Below are positions 34,111 to 34,464 of a stretch of 34,464 nt of DNA, one piece after another. Each line of letters starts with the position of its first letter. The stretch's first letter is position 1. Both the position numbers and the translations under genes were made by a program. The notes under the pieces were generated by a model. The model worked only from the letters and a program-made list of their open reading frames with translations. It searched no databases and was not told the DNA's origin. The stretch covers positions 23,262-57,725 of the forward strand of contig JARFOE010000046.1 in NCBI GenBank assembly GCA_031763465.1, written 5' to 3'. This stretch comes from Squatina squatina. Taxonomy: Eukaryota.

Positions 34111-34464
34111 TCTAGCGCTAGCGTCAGGGGTCTAACGCCCGTTTTTGCCGCTAAATTAAAATTCGCAAAATTTGCCTAAGTTTAGCGCCGGCGCTAACGC
34201 GGGAGCGCTGGAAATGTGGCGCTAGGCGCAAAACAGCCTCCATGACGTCATCAGAGGGCGCAACGCCCAAAATGGCTGTACGACAAAGAATTGGCCACAG
34301 TTCTTATGGCGCTAAACAGGCGGTGACAGCGCCTGGTTTTTTGGGCGGTAACACCCATGCTGATATTTCTCTTGTGGCGCAAAATCATTCCCCACCTTTT
34401 TTGATGCATAAATCACCGCCTAGAGACCATAAAAAGCATTTAAATCATTGTGCGCGACTTGGAA
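34111..34464 (+). mobile_element. GC-rich non-autonomous DNA transposon fragment, related to 26060-26358
   Basis: Shares TGACGTCATCAG..GCGCA.CGCCCAAAATGGCTG and GCGGTGACA..CCTGG.TTTT blocks in inverted orientation; many GGCGCTA/TAGCGC motifs. Confidence 0.65.

Noticed and set aside
1-34464. Prokaryotic-type systems (CRISPR array, operon, retron or defence locus)
   Set aside because: There is no regularly spaced repeat-spacer array or gene-dense region. The reverse-transcriptase fragments are ordinary CR1 LINEs, and the regular N runs are assembly gaps.

Overview
Vertebrate genomic DNA, most likely from a shark or ray, judged from repeat families I recognise from memory: CR1 LINE reverse-transcriptase and 3' fragments, Deu-domain SINEs, L2-type tails and GC-rich Harbinger-type elements. 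The window is a fragmented scaffold with 22 gaps of 100 N and three of 10 N, so adjacency across gaps is uncertain. I cannot identify an intact host protein-coding gene; almost all listed ORFs come from repeats, low-complexity sequence or gaps. The one long contig (4998-12066) holds a small Pol III cluster: an intron-containing tRNA-Arg(TCT), decayed tRNA-Thr(AGT) and tRNA-His(GTG) copies, and a structurally intact tRNA-Ser whose anticodon is ACT instead of the usual GCT. Other points of interest are a decayed, intron-containing Harbinger Myb/SANT gene (28742-29401) and several AT-rich stretches with PBX/MEIS/homeodomain motifs that look like developmental enhancers. I found no convincing novel multi-gene system; the tRNA-Ser(ACT) is the most unusual single item. 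Repeat boundaries are approximate and family names have not been checked by any search.
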